Part shown: one piece after another, positions 10,070 to 23,200 of the stretch | Numbering within the stretch: position 1 is the first letter of the stretch | How the letters are laid out: the number at the start of each line of letters is the position of its first letter | Origin: Pristiophorus japonicus | Taxonomy: Eukaryota | Length of the DNA stretch: 64,000 bases | Direction of reading: 5' to 3' | Assembly (NCBI RefSeq): GCF_044704955.1 | Contig: NW_027254532.1 | Span: 124,001 to 188,000, forward strand | The notes under the pieces: model-generated | Databases searched by the model: none | Told to the model about the DNA's origin: nothing | The model's input: the letters and a program-made list of their open reading frames with translations, nothing else | Translations under genes and position numbers: made by a program

Positions 10070-10420
10070 GTCGAAAGGCAAGTCCGGTTCTAATCCAGTC
10101 CCCAGAAGTTGTGACGGTGCCCGAGGGTGGGACGGTGCAGTTTGGGTGTACCCTGGAGAGCAGCAATGTGAATGACCGTGTGGATAAATATACTGTACAC
10201 TGGTACCTCTCACAGGACAGGAAACACATATTAAGTCATTTTGCAGATGGCAGGATTTACCGATCACACGGTGTCTCTGAGCGGTTTCAGCTTTCCAGAG
10301 ATGTTGCCAGTAACAGCTGCATTCTGACCATCAGAGGCGTGGAGCACAGAGACAGCGCGGTCTATATCTGTGGTATTTGGGGATCAATCTATGGAAATGG
10401 AAACCGGCTGAATGTAACCA
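10070..10420 (+). CDS. Exon encoding an IgSF V-set domain with integral J-like strand (germline-joined VJ, antigen-receptor-like)
   Basis: Acceptor TTTACTATTCACAG|G at 10069/10070 and donor ACCA|GTAAGT at 10420/10421. The exon is 351 nt, phase 1 at both ends, and has no stops. Translation: RKASPVLIQSPEVVTVPEGGTVQFGC...YTVHWY...GVSERFQLSRDVASNSCILTIRGVEHRDSAVYICGIWGSIYGNGNRLNVT. It has the B-strand Cys, C-strand Trp, RF, D-x-A-x-Y-x-C and a (F/Y)GxG J motif. Confidence 0.93.
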
Positions 10421-10749
10421 GTAAGTACATTCTACATTATATTGGTTTGATATCTAATAATGTTACTATACCAGCATCTCGTGTTTAAGTAAATATTATA
10501 CAACGTTGTCACTTTTACAGTAACAACACTGAGTGGAAGTTCTAAACACAGAATGGAGGGTGAATTCTGGGACAAACTCCATTTGTTTTTAATTGAACAA
10601 AAGCGTGTGAGCACATGGTGGGACAAAACCTCACACACAGGATTCAACGGGAAAATACATGTTGAAGGAAAAGTGCAGTAATAGGAATAAAAGAGAGCCT
10701 CCTGGTTAAATCCTGACACTGACAGGGAGATAAATATATATAGAAATAA

Positions 10750-11199
10750 AGGGATTTATCTCGCACCTTTCACGACCACTGGACGTTTCAAAGCGCTTTA
10801 CAGCCAATGAAGTACATTTGACGTGTAGTCACTGTTGTAATGTGGGAAACGTGGCAGCCAATTAGTGCACAGCAAGCTCCCACAAACAGCAGTGAATGAC
10901 CAGATAATCAGTTTTTTGTGATGTTGATTAAGGGCTAAATATTGGCCAGAACACCAGGGATAACTTCCCTGCTCTTCTTCAAAATAGTGACATGAAATAT
11001 TTTACGTCCACTTGAGAGAGCAGACGGGGCCTCGGTTGAACGTCTCATCCGAAAGACGGCACCTGTGACAGTGCAGCACTCCCTCAGCACTGCACTGGGA
11101 GGCTCAGCCTGGATTTGTGCTCAAGTTCCTGGAGTGGGACTTCAACCCACAACCTTCTGACTCCGAGGTGAGAGTGCTACCCACTGAGCCACAGCTGAC
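10750..11199 (-). mobile_element. tRNA-derived SINE, SacSINE1/DeuSINE-like, near full length
   Basis: The minus-strand head GTCAGCTGTGGCTCAGTGGGTAGC...GGGTTGAAGTCCC carries Pol III A and B boxes. A central GTGCTGAGGGAGTGCTGCACTGTC.CAGGTGCCGTCTTTCGGATGAGACG block follows. The 3' tail TGTAAAGCGCTTTGAAACGTCC...GAAAGGTGCGAGATAAAT is L2-like. Confidence 0.85.
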
Positions 11200-11218
11200 A
11201 CAGATATAAAACAATGCA

Positions 11219-11914
11219 GGGCTGAAATTGTACCCCTCTTAAGCTCCATTACCGCCTCTAAGAGGAGGCAGTGGACAGATAGGCCTCACCGACCGGGGGG
11301 AGATGGCTGGGCCGACCCATCCTAAATTGCCCCGGTCCAGGAGCGACAGGAACGGGATTCCGTGCTGCTGCCCGTCAGGCACACACCGATCCCACACTGT
11401 ACCGCGGTGCTCCCCTTACCAATCCCAGTGAGGAATTGCCCCGCGGGAGCGATGTTACCGCCGGTCGGTGCCACTGACAGCTTTCCCCTGCGGGAAGCTG
11501 CGTGTGCCTGTGCGGCATGTCCACCCTTAAAGGGGAGGCTGCACTACCGGCAATGGTGGCCACGGGTTCGGCCGGGCCGCCGACAGGCAGCATGCACCCT
11601 GTCTTGGGTGCCAGGCCGCTGGCCCAGCCCAAAGTCTCCCTGGTGGCCCAGTGCGCCCAACGAAACTTCCTCTAACTGAAGGGGAGGGACTTTGTGACAC
11701 GGCAGTGTGACGGGACACATCCACATCACGCTGGTATCATCAGCGACGTGCTGAAGTGAGCAGCGCATCACTGACGCCTCGTCTGGGCACCGATCGACCA
11801 AAGGGCACTTCCGCCCCTCAGCACCGCCCCAACCGCAAATAGACGCCAAAGTGCCGAATATTGGGGCAGAGAACACTCTTAAATATCGGTAAGTGGGGGG
11901 GCAACTTCAGCCCC
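11219..11914. mobile_element. MITE-like non-autonomous DNA transposon (PIF/Harbinger-like TIRs), copy 2
   Basis: Left end GGGCTGAAATTGTACCCC. Right end GGGGGGCAACTTCAGCCCC (reverse complement GGGGCTGAAGTTGCCCCCC). No coding capacity. Core shared with copies 1 and 3. Confidence 0.75.
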
Positions 11915-11987
11915 TGCATCTGTTAGTGACCAAATCTGCACTCATCATTGCAAACAAATGACCTCTCCACACTTTCCAGGCTACAAT

Positions 11988-14155
11988 GGGGCCGGAATTC
12001 AGCCTCCCGAAAAGGCCTCACCATCAGAAAGCAGCAGCCGTGCGGCGGAACCGAATGGCCGCCAATTTGGGGTCAAAATGCCGCCGGCAAAGAAATTCAC
12101 CTCGGTAGTTTTTCCGACGGTCTCCACAAGTGCATAATCAAAGTGTGCACCGCCAATCTCCCGAACCTCCAGCCAAATTCACCGTGAGAAATCTTCGATC
12201 TGCCGCGCGGTGACCCGACAGTTTTGATGTTGGAGCACCTTGTTGGAATTGTATACAACGGGGCAGCATGGCACCCCTTCAACTATTCTTGTGTGAAACA
12301 AGAATCAAGTACCCCCTTATAAAAGGGGCACTAAAACCGACAAATTAACCAATAAAACTTTTTAAACGATAAATGGACAAATTAAAATTTGGTTGCCGGG
12401 GGTGAAGATGCACTCCAGTCCCTCCAGCGCCCACCTCTCGCGGAAGGCCACGAGCGTACCGGTGGACACCGCGTGCTCCATCTCCAGGGACAAGCTGGAG
12501 CGAACCTAGCCGTGGAAGTCAGGCTGAACGACCCCCTCGACCGCCTGCTGCCCGGATCGGCTAATGGCCCCCTTGGCCAGGCCCAGGAGCAGTCCTATGA
12601 GGAGCGGCAGCCCTTCAAATGGGGGGCGCACTGCCGCGGCCGCCATATTTTTTTTTGTAGGCCGACTGTCCGGTCGGGCCGACAGTTATGCCCCGGTTTT
12701 GGCCAGGCCGCCCACAGGCTGCTGGCCCGGCCGAAACCCTCCCTGGTGGCCCAGTGGACCAGAGTTTTAAAATGGCGAAGGCTCCCCCTTTAAGTGAAGG
12801 GGAGAGATGTGGTGACGCACATGTGTCATGACATCATCAGCGGCAGGCTGACGAATGACAGCAACCCGCCTCCGCTTCCGCCCCTCCCACGGTCGATCAG
12901 CTTACTGTCCCACTTCCACCCCTCCCACGGTCGATCAGCTTACTGCCCCACTTCCACCCCTCCCACGGTCGATCAGCTTACTGCCCCCTTCCACCCCTCC
13001 CACGGTCGATCAGCTTACTGCCCCACTTACACCCCTCCCACAGTCGATCAGCTTACTGCCCCACTTCCACCCCTCCCACGGTCGATCAGCTTACTGCCCC
13101 ACCTCCACCCCTCCCACGGTCGATCAGCTTACTGTTCCACTTCCACCCCTCCCACAGTCGATCAGCTTACTGCCCCACCTCCACCCCTCCCACGGTCGAT
13201 CAGCTTACTGTTCCACTTCCACCCCTCCCACAGTCGATCAGCTTACTGCCCCACCTCCACCCCTCCCACAGTCGATCAGCTTACTGCCCCACTTCCACCC
13301 CTCCCACGGTCGATCAGCTTACTGCCCCACCTCCACCCCTCCCACGGTCGATCAGCTTACTGTTCCACTTCCACCCCTCCCACAGTCGATCAGCTTACTG
13401 CCCCACCTCCACCCCTCCCACAGTCGATCAGCTTACTGCCCCACTTCCATCCCTCCCACGGTCGATCAGCTTACTGCCCCACTTCCACCCCTCCCACAGT
13501 CGATCAGCTCACTGCCCCACCTCCACCCCTCCCACGGTCGATCAGCTTACTGTTCCACTTCCACCCCTCCCACAGTCGATCAGCTTACTGCCCCACTTCC
13601 ATCCCTCCCACGGTCGATCAGCTCACTGCCCCACTTCCACCCCTCCCACGGTCGATCAGCTTACTGTCCCCACTTCCACCCCTCCCACGGTCGATCAGCT
13701 TACTGCCCCACCTCCACCCCTCCCACAGTCGATCAGCTTACTGTCCCCACTTCCACCCCTCCCACGGTCGATCAGCTCACTGTCCCACTTCCACCCCTCC
13801 CACGGTCGATCAGCTTACTGCCCCCTTCCACCCCTCCCACGGTCGATCAGCTTACTGCCCCCTTCCACCCCTCCCACGGTCGATCAGCTTACTGCCCCAC
13901 TTCCACCCCTCCCACAGTCGATCAGCTCACTGTCCCACTGCCACCCCTCCCACAGTCGATCAGCTTACCCACCCCTCCCACGGTCGATCAGCTTACTGCC
14001 TCACTTCCGCCTCCATTTTGACCGACTTCCGGTTCTGCCAGAAAAAAAGCCAAAGAGCTAAATTTTGTGAAAGAGGCAACCTCTTCCAGCGCGGCAGAAA
14101 AAACACCAAAAACAGGAGATGCGTCAGGTTTCTGGCGGGCCTGAATTTCGACCCA
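11988..14155. mobile_element. MITE-like non-autonomous DNA transposon, copy 3, with internal minisatellite expansion
   Basis: Left end GGGGCCGGAATTCAGCCTCCCGAAA. Right end reverse complement is TGGGTCGAAATTCAGGCCCGCCAGAAA. AAT flanks both sides (11985-87, 14156-58), a possible 3-bp TSD as in Harbinger elements. The shared core lies at ~12600-12860. Confidence 0.7.
12875..14010. repeat. 38-bp minisatellite (CCACTTCCACCCCTCCCACGGTCGATCAGCTTACTGCC), ~29-30 copies
   Basis: GGTCGATCAG occurs at 12891 and 12929 (period 38). Copies are highly homogeneous. Confidence 0.97.
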
Positions 14156-14297
14156 AATAATCATCCTTCAGCTAGCAAATTAATTAAGGAATGTGCAATC
14201 GGCTTTCATAATGGCAAGGCGGTGAAGAAGATCATCTCATTTTGGAGTTGAAAGCCAGAAACTATTTATTAATCGAGTCCCGTGAGAAACTCGTCCA

Positions 14298-17200
14298 TGG
14301 GTCTGGAATGTACCCAATACACACAGACTGTAGTGGGTCTGGAATGTACCCAATACACACAGACTGTAGTGGGTCTGGAATGTGCCCAATACACACAGAC
14401 TGTCGTGGGTCTGGAATGTACCCAATACACACAGACTGTCGTGGGTCTGGAATGTGCCCAATACACACAGACTGTAGTGGGTCTGGAATGTGCCCAATAC
14501 ACACAGACTGTAGTGGGTCTGGAATGTGCCCAATACACACAGACTGTAGTGGGTCTGGAATGTGCCCAATACACACAGACTGTAGTGGGTCTGGAATGTG
14601 CCCAATACACACAGACTGTAGTGGGTCTGGAATGTGCCCAATACACACAGACTGTAGTGGGTCTGGAATGTGCCCAATACACACAGACTGTAGTGGGTCT
14701 GGAATGTACCCAATACACGCAGACTGTAGTGGGTCTGGAATGTGCCCAATACACACAGACTGTAGTGGGTCTGGAATGTACCCAATACACGCAGACTGTA
14801 GTGGGTCTGGAATGTGCCCAATACACACAGAATGTAGTGGGTCTGGAATGTACCCAATACACACAGAATGTAGTGGGTCTCGAATGTACCCAATACACAC
14901 AGACTGTAGTGGGTCTGGAATGTGCCCAATACACACAGACTGTAGTGGGTCTGGAATGTGCCCAATACACACAGAATGTAGTGGGTCTGGAATGTACCCA
15001 ATACACACAGACTGTAGTGGGTCTGGAATGTGCCCAATACACACAGAATGTAGTGGGTCTGGAATGTACCCAATACACACACACTGTAGTGGGTCTGGAA
15101 TGTACCCAATACACACACACTGTAGTGGGTCTGGAATGTACCCAATACACACAGACTGTAGTGGGTCTGGAATGTGCCCAATACACACAGAATGTAGTGG
15201 GTCTGGAATGTACCCAATACACACAGACTGTAGTGGGTCTGGAATGTGCCCAATACACACAGACTGTAGTGGGTCTGGAATGTGCCCAATACACACAGAC
15301 TGTAGTGGGTCTGGAATGTACCCAATACACACAGATTGTAGTGGGTCTGGAATGTGCCCAATACACAAAGACTGTAATGTGTCTGGAATGTACGCAATAC
15401 ACAGAATGTAGTGGGTCTGGAATGTACCCAATACATACAGACTGCAGTGGGTCTGGAATGTACCCAATACACACAGACTGTCGTGGGTCTGGAATGTGCC
15501 CAATACACACAGAATGTAGTGGGTCTGGAATGTGCCCAATACACACAGACTGTAGTGGGTCTGGAATGTGCCCAATACACACAGACTGCAGTGGGTCTGG
15601 AATGTACCCAATACACACATACTGTAGTGGGTCTGGAATGTACCCAATACACACAGACTGTAGTGGATCTGGAATGTGCCCAATACACACAGACTGTAGT
15701 GGGTCTGGAATGTACCCAATACACACAGACTGTAGTGGATCTGGAATGTGCCCAATACACACAGACTGTCGTGCGTCTGGAATGTACCCAATACACACAG
15801 ACTGTCGTGGGTCTGGAATGTACCCAATACACGCAGACTATAGTGGGTCTGGAATGTACCAAATACACACAGACTGTAATGTGTCTGGAATGTACGCAAT
15901 ACACAGAATGTAGTGGGTCTGGAATGTACCCAATACATACAGACTGCAGTGGGTCTGGAATGTACCCAATACACACAGACTGTCGTGGTTCTGGAATGTA
16001 CCCAATATACACAGACTGTAGTGTGTCTGGAATGTATACAATACACACAGACTGTAGTGGGTCTGGAATGTAACCAATACACACAGATTGTAGTGTGTCT
16101 GGAATGTACCCAATACACACAGACTGTAATGGGTCTGGAATGTACCTAATACACACAGACTGTAGTGGGTCTGGAATTTACCCAAGACACACAGAATGTA
16201 GTGGGTCTGGAATGTTCCCAATGCACAGAGACTGTAGTGGGTCTGGAATGTACCCAATACACACAGACTGTAGTGGGTCTGGAATGTACCCAATACACAC
16301 AGACTGTAGTGTGTCGGGAATGTACCCAATACACACAGACTGTAGTGGGTCTGGAATGTGCCCAATACACACAGACTTTAGTGGGTCTGGAATGTGCACA
16401 ATACACACAGACTGTAGTGGGTCTGGAATGTACCCAATACACACAGACTGTAGTGGGTCTGGAATGTGCCCAATACACACAGACTGTAGTGGGTCTGGAA
16501 TGTGCCCAATACACACAGACTGTAGTGGGTCTGGAATGTACCCAATACACACAGATTGTAGTGGGTCTGGAATGTGCCCAATACACACAGACTGTAGTGG
16601 GTCTGGAATGTGCCCAATACACACAGACTGTAGTGGGTCTGGAATGTGCCCAATACACACAGACTGCAGTGGGTCTGGAATGTACCCAATACACACAGAC
16701 TGTAGTGGGTCTGGAATGTACCCAATACACACAGACTGTAGTGGATCTGGAATGTGCCCAATACACACAGACTGTAGTGGGTCTGGAATGTACCCAATAC
16801 ACACAGACTGTAGTGGATCTGGAATGTGCCCAATACACACAGACTGTCGTGCGTCTGGAATGTACCCAATACACACAGACTGTAGTGGGTCTGGAATGTA
16901 CCCAATACACACAGACTGTCGTGGGTCTGGAATGTACCCAATACACGCAGGCTATAGTGGGTCTGGAATGTACCAAATACACACAGACTGTAATGGGTCT
17001 GGAATGTACCAAATACACACAGACTGTAATGTGTCTGGAATGTACGCAATACACAGAATGTAGTGGGTCTGGAATGTACCCAATACATACAGACTGCAGT
17101 GGGTCTGGAATGTACCCAATACACACAGACTGTACTGTGTCTGGAATGTGCCCAATACACACAGACTGTAGTGGGTCTGGAATGTGCCCAATACACACAG

Positions 17201-20200
17201 ACTGTCGTGGTTCTGGAATGTACCCAATATACACAGACTGTAGTGTGTCTGGAATGTATACAATACACACAGACTGTAGTGGGTCTGGAATGTAACCAAT
17301 ACACACAGATTGTAGTGTGTCTGGAATGTACCCAATACACACAGACTGTAATGGGTCTGGAATGTACCTAATACACACAGACTGTAGTGGGTCTGGAATT
17401 TACCCAAGACACACAGAATGTAGTGGGTCTGGAATGTTCCCAATGCACAGAGACTGTAGTGGGTCTGGAATGTACCCAATACACACAGACTGTAGTGGGT
17501 CTGGAATGTACCCAATACACACAGACTGTAGTGTGTCGGGAATGTACCCAATACACACAGACTGTAGTGGGTCTGGAATTTACCCAATACACACAGACTG
17601 TAGTTGGTCTGGAATGTGCCCAATAGACACAGACTGCAGTGTGTCTGGAATGTGCCCAATACATACAGACTGTCGTGGGTCTGCAATGTACCCAATACAC
17701 ACAGACTGTAGTGGGTCTGGAATGTACCCAATACACACAGACTGTAGTGTGTCTGGAATGTACCCAATACACACAGACTGTAGTGTGTCTGGAATGTACC
17801 CAATACACACAGACTGTAGTGGGTATGGAATGTGCCCAATACACACAGACTGTACTGTGTCTGGAATGTGCCCAATACACACAGACTGTAGTGGGTCTGG
17901 AATGTGCCCAATACACACAGACTGTAGTGGGTCTGGAATGTACCCAATACACACAGACTGTAGTGGGTCTGGAATGTGCCCAATACACACAGACTGTAGT
18001 GTGTCTGGAATGTGCCCAATACACACAGACTGTAGTGGGTCTGGAATGTACCCAATACACACAGACTGTAGTGGGTCTGGAATGTACCCAATACACGCAA
18101 ACTATAGTGGGTCTGGAATGTACCCAATACATGCAGACTATAGTGGGTCTGAAATGTACCCAATACACACAGACTGTAGTGGGTCTGGAATGTACCCAAT
18201 ACACACAGACTGTAGTGGGTCTGGAATGTACCCAATACACACAGACTGCAGTGGGTCTGGAATGTACCCAATACACACAGACTGTAGTGGGTCTGGAATG
18301 TACCCAATACACACACAGACTGTAGTGCGTCTGGAATGTGTCCAACACACACAGACTGCAGTGTGTCTGGAATGTACCCAATACACACAGACTGCAGTGG
18401 GTCTGGAATGTACCCAATACACACAGACTGTAGTGGGTCTGGAATGTACCCAATACGCACAGACTGTAGTGTGTCGGGAATGTACCCAATTCACACAGAC
18501 TGTAGTGGGTCTGGAATGTACCCAATACACACAGACGGCAGTTGGTCTGGAATGTGCCCAATACACACAGACTGTAGTGGGTCTGGAATGTGCCCAATAC
18601 ATACAGACTGTCGTGGGTCCGTAATGTGCCCAATACACACAGACTGTAGTGGATCTGGAATGTACCCAATACACACAAACTGCAGTGGGTCTGGAATGTA
18701 CCCAATACACACAAACTGCAGTGGGTCTGGAATGTACCCAATACACACAGACTGTCGTGGGTCTGGAATGTACCCAATACACACAGACTGTAGTGGGTCT
18801 GGAATGTACCCAATACACACAGACTGTAGTGGGTCTGGAATGTACCCAATACACGCAGACTATAGTGGGTCTGGAATGTACCCAATACATGCAGACTATA
18901 GTGGGTCTGAAATGTACCCAATACACACAGACTGCAGTGGGTCTGGAACGTACCCAATACACACAGACTGTAGTGGGTCTGGCATGTACCCAATACACAC
19001 AGACTGTAGTGGGTCTGGAATGTGCACAATACACACAGACTGTCGTGGGTCTGCAATGTACCCAATACACACAGACTGTAGTGGGTCTGGAATGTACCCA
19101 ATACACACAGACTGTAGTGGGTCTGGAATGTACCCAATACACACAGACTGTAGTGGGTCTGGAATGTACCCAATACACGCAAACTATAGTGGGTCTGGAA
19201 TGTACCCAATACACACAGACTGTAGTGGGTCTGCAATGTACCCAATACACACAGACTGTAATGGGTCTGGAATGTACCCAATACACACAGAATGTAGTGG
19301 ATCTGGAATGTGCACAATACACACAGACTGTCGTGGGTCTGCAATGTACCCAATACACACAGACTGTAGTGGGTCTGGAATGTACCCAATACACACAGAC
19401 TGTAGTGGGTCTGGAATGTACCCAAGACACACTGACTGTAGTGGGTCTGGAATGTGCCCAATACACACAGACTGTAGTGTGTCTGGATTGTGTCCAACAC
19501 ACACAGACTGTAGTGTGTCTGGAATGTACCCAATACGCACAGACTGTAGTGTGTCGGGAATGTACCTAATTCACACAGACTGTAGTGGGTATGGAATGTA
19601 CCCAATACACACAGACTGTAGTTGGTCTGGAATGTGCCCAAAACACACAGACTGTAGTGTGTCTGGAATGTGCCCAATACATACAGACTGTCGTGGTTCT
19701 GCAATGTACCCAATACACACAGACTGTAATGGGTCTGGAATGTACCCAATACACACAGACTGTAGTGGATCTGGAATGTGCCCAATACACACAGACTGTA
19801 GTGGGTCTGCAATGTACCCAATACACACAGACTGGAGTGGGTCTGGAATGTACCCAATACACACAGACTGTAGTGGGTCTGGAATGTACCCAATACACAC
19901 AGACTGTAGTGGGTCTGGAATGTGCCCAATACACACAGACTGTAGTGTGTCTGGAATGTGCCCAATACACACAGACTGTAGTGGGTCTGGAATGTACCCA
20001 ATACACACAGACTGTAGTGGGTCTGGAATGTACCCAATACACACAGACTGTAGTGGGTCTGGAATGTACCCAATACACGCAGACTATAGAGGGTCTGGAA
20101 TGTACCCAATACACGCAGACTATAGTGGGTCTGAAATGTACCCAATACACACAGACTGTAATGGGTCTGGAATGTACGCAATACACAGAATGTAGTGTGT

Positions 20201-23200
20201 CTGGAATGTACCCAATACACACAGACTGTAATGGGTCTGGAATGTACCCAATACACACAGACTGCAGTGGGTCTGGAATGTACCCAAGACACACAGAATG
20301 TAGTGGGTCTGGGATGTACCCAATACACACAGACTGTAGTGGGTCTGGAATGTACCCAATACACACAGACTGCAGTGGGTCTGGAATGTACCCAACACAC
20401 ACAGACTGTAGTGGGCCTGGAATGTGCCCAATAGACACAGACTGTAGTGTGTCTGGAATGTGCCCAATACATACAGACTGTAGTGTGTCTGGAATGTGCC
20501 CAATACATACAGACTGTCGTGGGTCTGCAATGTACCCAATACACACAGACTGTAGTGGGTCTGGAATGTACCCAATACACACAGACTGTAGTGGGTCTGG
20601 AATGTGCCCAATACACACAGACTGTCGTGGGTCTGCAATGTACCCAATACACACAGGCTGTAGTGGGTCTGGAATGTACCCAATACACACAGACTCTAGT
20701 GGGTCTGGAATTTACCCAATACACACAGACTGTAGTGGGTCTGGAATGTGCCCAATACACACAGACTGTAGTGTATCTGGAATGTGCCCAATACACACAG
20801 ACTGTAGTGGGTCTGGAATGTACCCAATACACACAGACTCTAGTGGGTCTGGAATGTACCCAATACACGCAAACTATAGTGGGTCTGGAATGTACCCAAT
20901 ACATGCAGACTATAGTGGGTCTGAAATGTACCCAATACACACAGACTGTAGCGGGTGTGGAATGTACCCAATACACACAGACTGTAGTGGGTCTGGAATG
21001 TACCCAATACACACAGACTGTAGTGGGTCTGGAATGTACCCAATACACACAGACTGTAGTGGGTCTGGAATGTACCCAATACACACACGGACTGTAGTGT
21101 GTCTGGAATGTGTCCAACACACACAGACTGTAGTGGGTCTGGAATGTACCCAATACACACAGGCGGTAGTGGGTCTGGAATGTACCCAATACACATAGAA
21201 TGTAGTGGGTCTGAAATGTACCCAATACACACAGACTGTAGTGGGTCTGGAATGTACCCAATACACACAGGCGGTAGTGGGTCTGGAATGTACCCAATAC
21301 ACATAGAATGTAGTGGGTCTGGAATGTACCCAATACGCACAGACTGTAGTGGGTCTGGAATGTACCCAATACACACAGGCGGTAGTGGGTCTGGAATGTA
21401 CCCAATACACATAGAATGTAGTGGGTCTGGAATGTACCCAATACACACAGACTGTAGTGGGTCTGGAATTTACCCAATACACACAGACTGTAGTGGGTCT
21501 GGAATGTACCCAATACACATAGAATGTAGTGGGTCTGGAATGTACCCAATACGCACAGACTGTAGTGGGTCTGGAATGTACCCAAGACACACAGAATGTA
21601 GTGGGTCTGGGATGTACCCAATACACACAGACTGCAGTGTGTCTGGAATGTACCCAACACACACAGACTGTAGTGGGCCTGGAATGTGCCCAATAGACAC
21701 AGACTGTAGTGTGTCTGGAATGTGCCCAATACATACAGACTGTAGTGTGTCTGGAATGTGCTCAATACATACAGACTGTCGTGGGTCTGCAATGTACCCA
21801 ATACACACAGACTGTAGTGGGTCTGGAATGTACCTAATACACACAGACTGTAGTGGGTCTGGAATGTGCCCAATACACACAGACTGTCGTGGGTCTGCAA
21901 TGTACCCAATACACACAGACTGTAGTGGGTCTGGAATGTACCCAATACACACAGACTGTAGTGGGTCTGGAATGTGCCCAATACACACAGACTGTAGTGG
22001 GTCTGGAATGTACCCAATACACACAGACTGTAGTGTGTCGGGAATTTACCCAATTCACACAGACTGTAGTGGGTCTGGAATGTACCCAATACACACAGAC
22101 TGTAGTTGGTCTGGAATGTGCCCAATACACACAGACTGTAGAGGGTCTGGAATGTGCCCAATACATACAGACTGCAGTGGGTCTGGAATGTGCCCAATAC
22201 ACACAGACTGTAGTGTGTCTGGAATGTGCCCAATACACACAGACTGTAGTGGGTCTGGAATGTACCCAATACACACAAACTGCAGTGGGTCTGGAATGTA
22301 CCCAATACACACAGACTGTAGTGGGTCTGGAATGTACCCAATACACGCAGACTATAGTGGGTCTGGAATGTACCCAATACACGCAGACTATAGTGGGTCT
22401 GAAATATACCCAATACACACAGACTGTAGTGGGTCTGGAATGTGTCCAACACACACAGACTGTAGTGTGTCTGGAATGTACCCAATACACACAGACTGTA
22501 GTGGGTCTGGAATGTACCCAATACACACAGACTGTAGTGGGTCTGGAATGTACCCAATACGCACAGACTGTAGTGTGTCGGGAATGTACCCAATTCACAC
22601 AGACTGTAGTGGGTCTGGAATGTACCCAATACACACAGACTGTAGTTGGTCTGGAATGTGCCCAATACACACAGACTGTAGAGGGTCTGGAATGTGCCCA
22701 ATACATACAGACTGTCGATGGTCTGGAATGTGCCCAATACACACAGACTGTAGTGGGTCTGGAATGTACCCAATACACACAGACTGGAGTGGGTCTGGAA
22801 TGTACCCAATAAACACAGACTGTAGTGGATCTGGAATGTGCCCAATACACACAGACTGTCGTGGGTCTGCAATGTACCCAATACACACAGACTGTAGTGG
22901 TTCTGGAATGTACCCAATACACACAGACTGTAGTGGGTCTGGAATGTACCCAATACACACAAACTGCAGTGGGTCTGGAATGTACCCAATACACACAGAC
23001 TGTAGTGGGTCTGGAATGTACCCAATACATACAGACTGTAGTGGGTCTGGAATGTACCCAATACACACAGACTGTAGTGGGTCTGGAATGTACCCAATAC
23101 ACACAGACTGTAGTGGATCTGGAATGTGCCCAATACACACAGACTGTCGTGGGTCTGCAATGTACCCAATACACACAGACTGTAGTGGGTCTGGAATGTA

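Noticed and set aside
10111-10488. ORF-track boundaries for the Ig domain
   Set aside because: The GTG start and the SKYILH... tail are artefacts. Splice signals define the exon as 10070-10420.
11128-11199. tRNA gene
   Set aside because: The A and B boxes belong to the SINE head and continue into the SINE body.
12794-14251. 485-aa and 388-aa ORFs
   Set aside because: They read through a 38-bp (non-triplet) minisatellite, cycling through all three frames.
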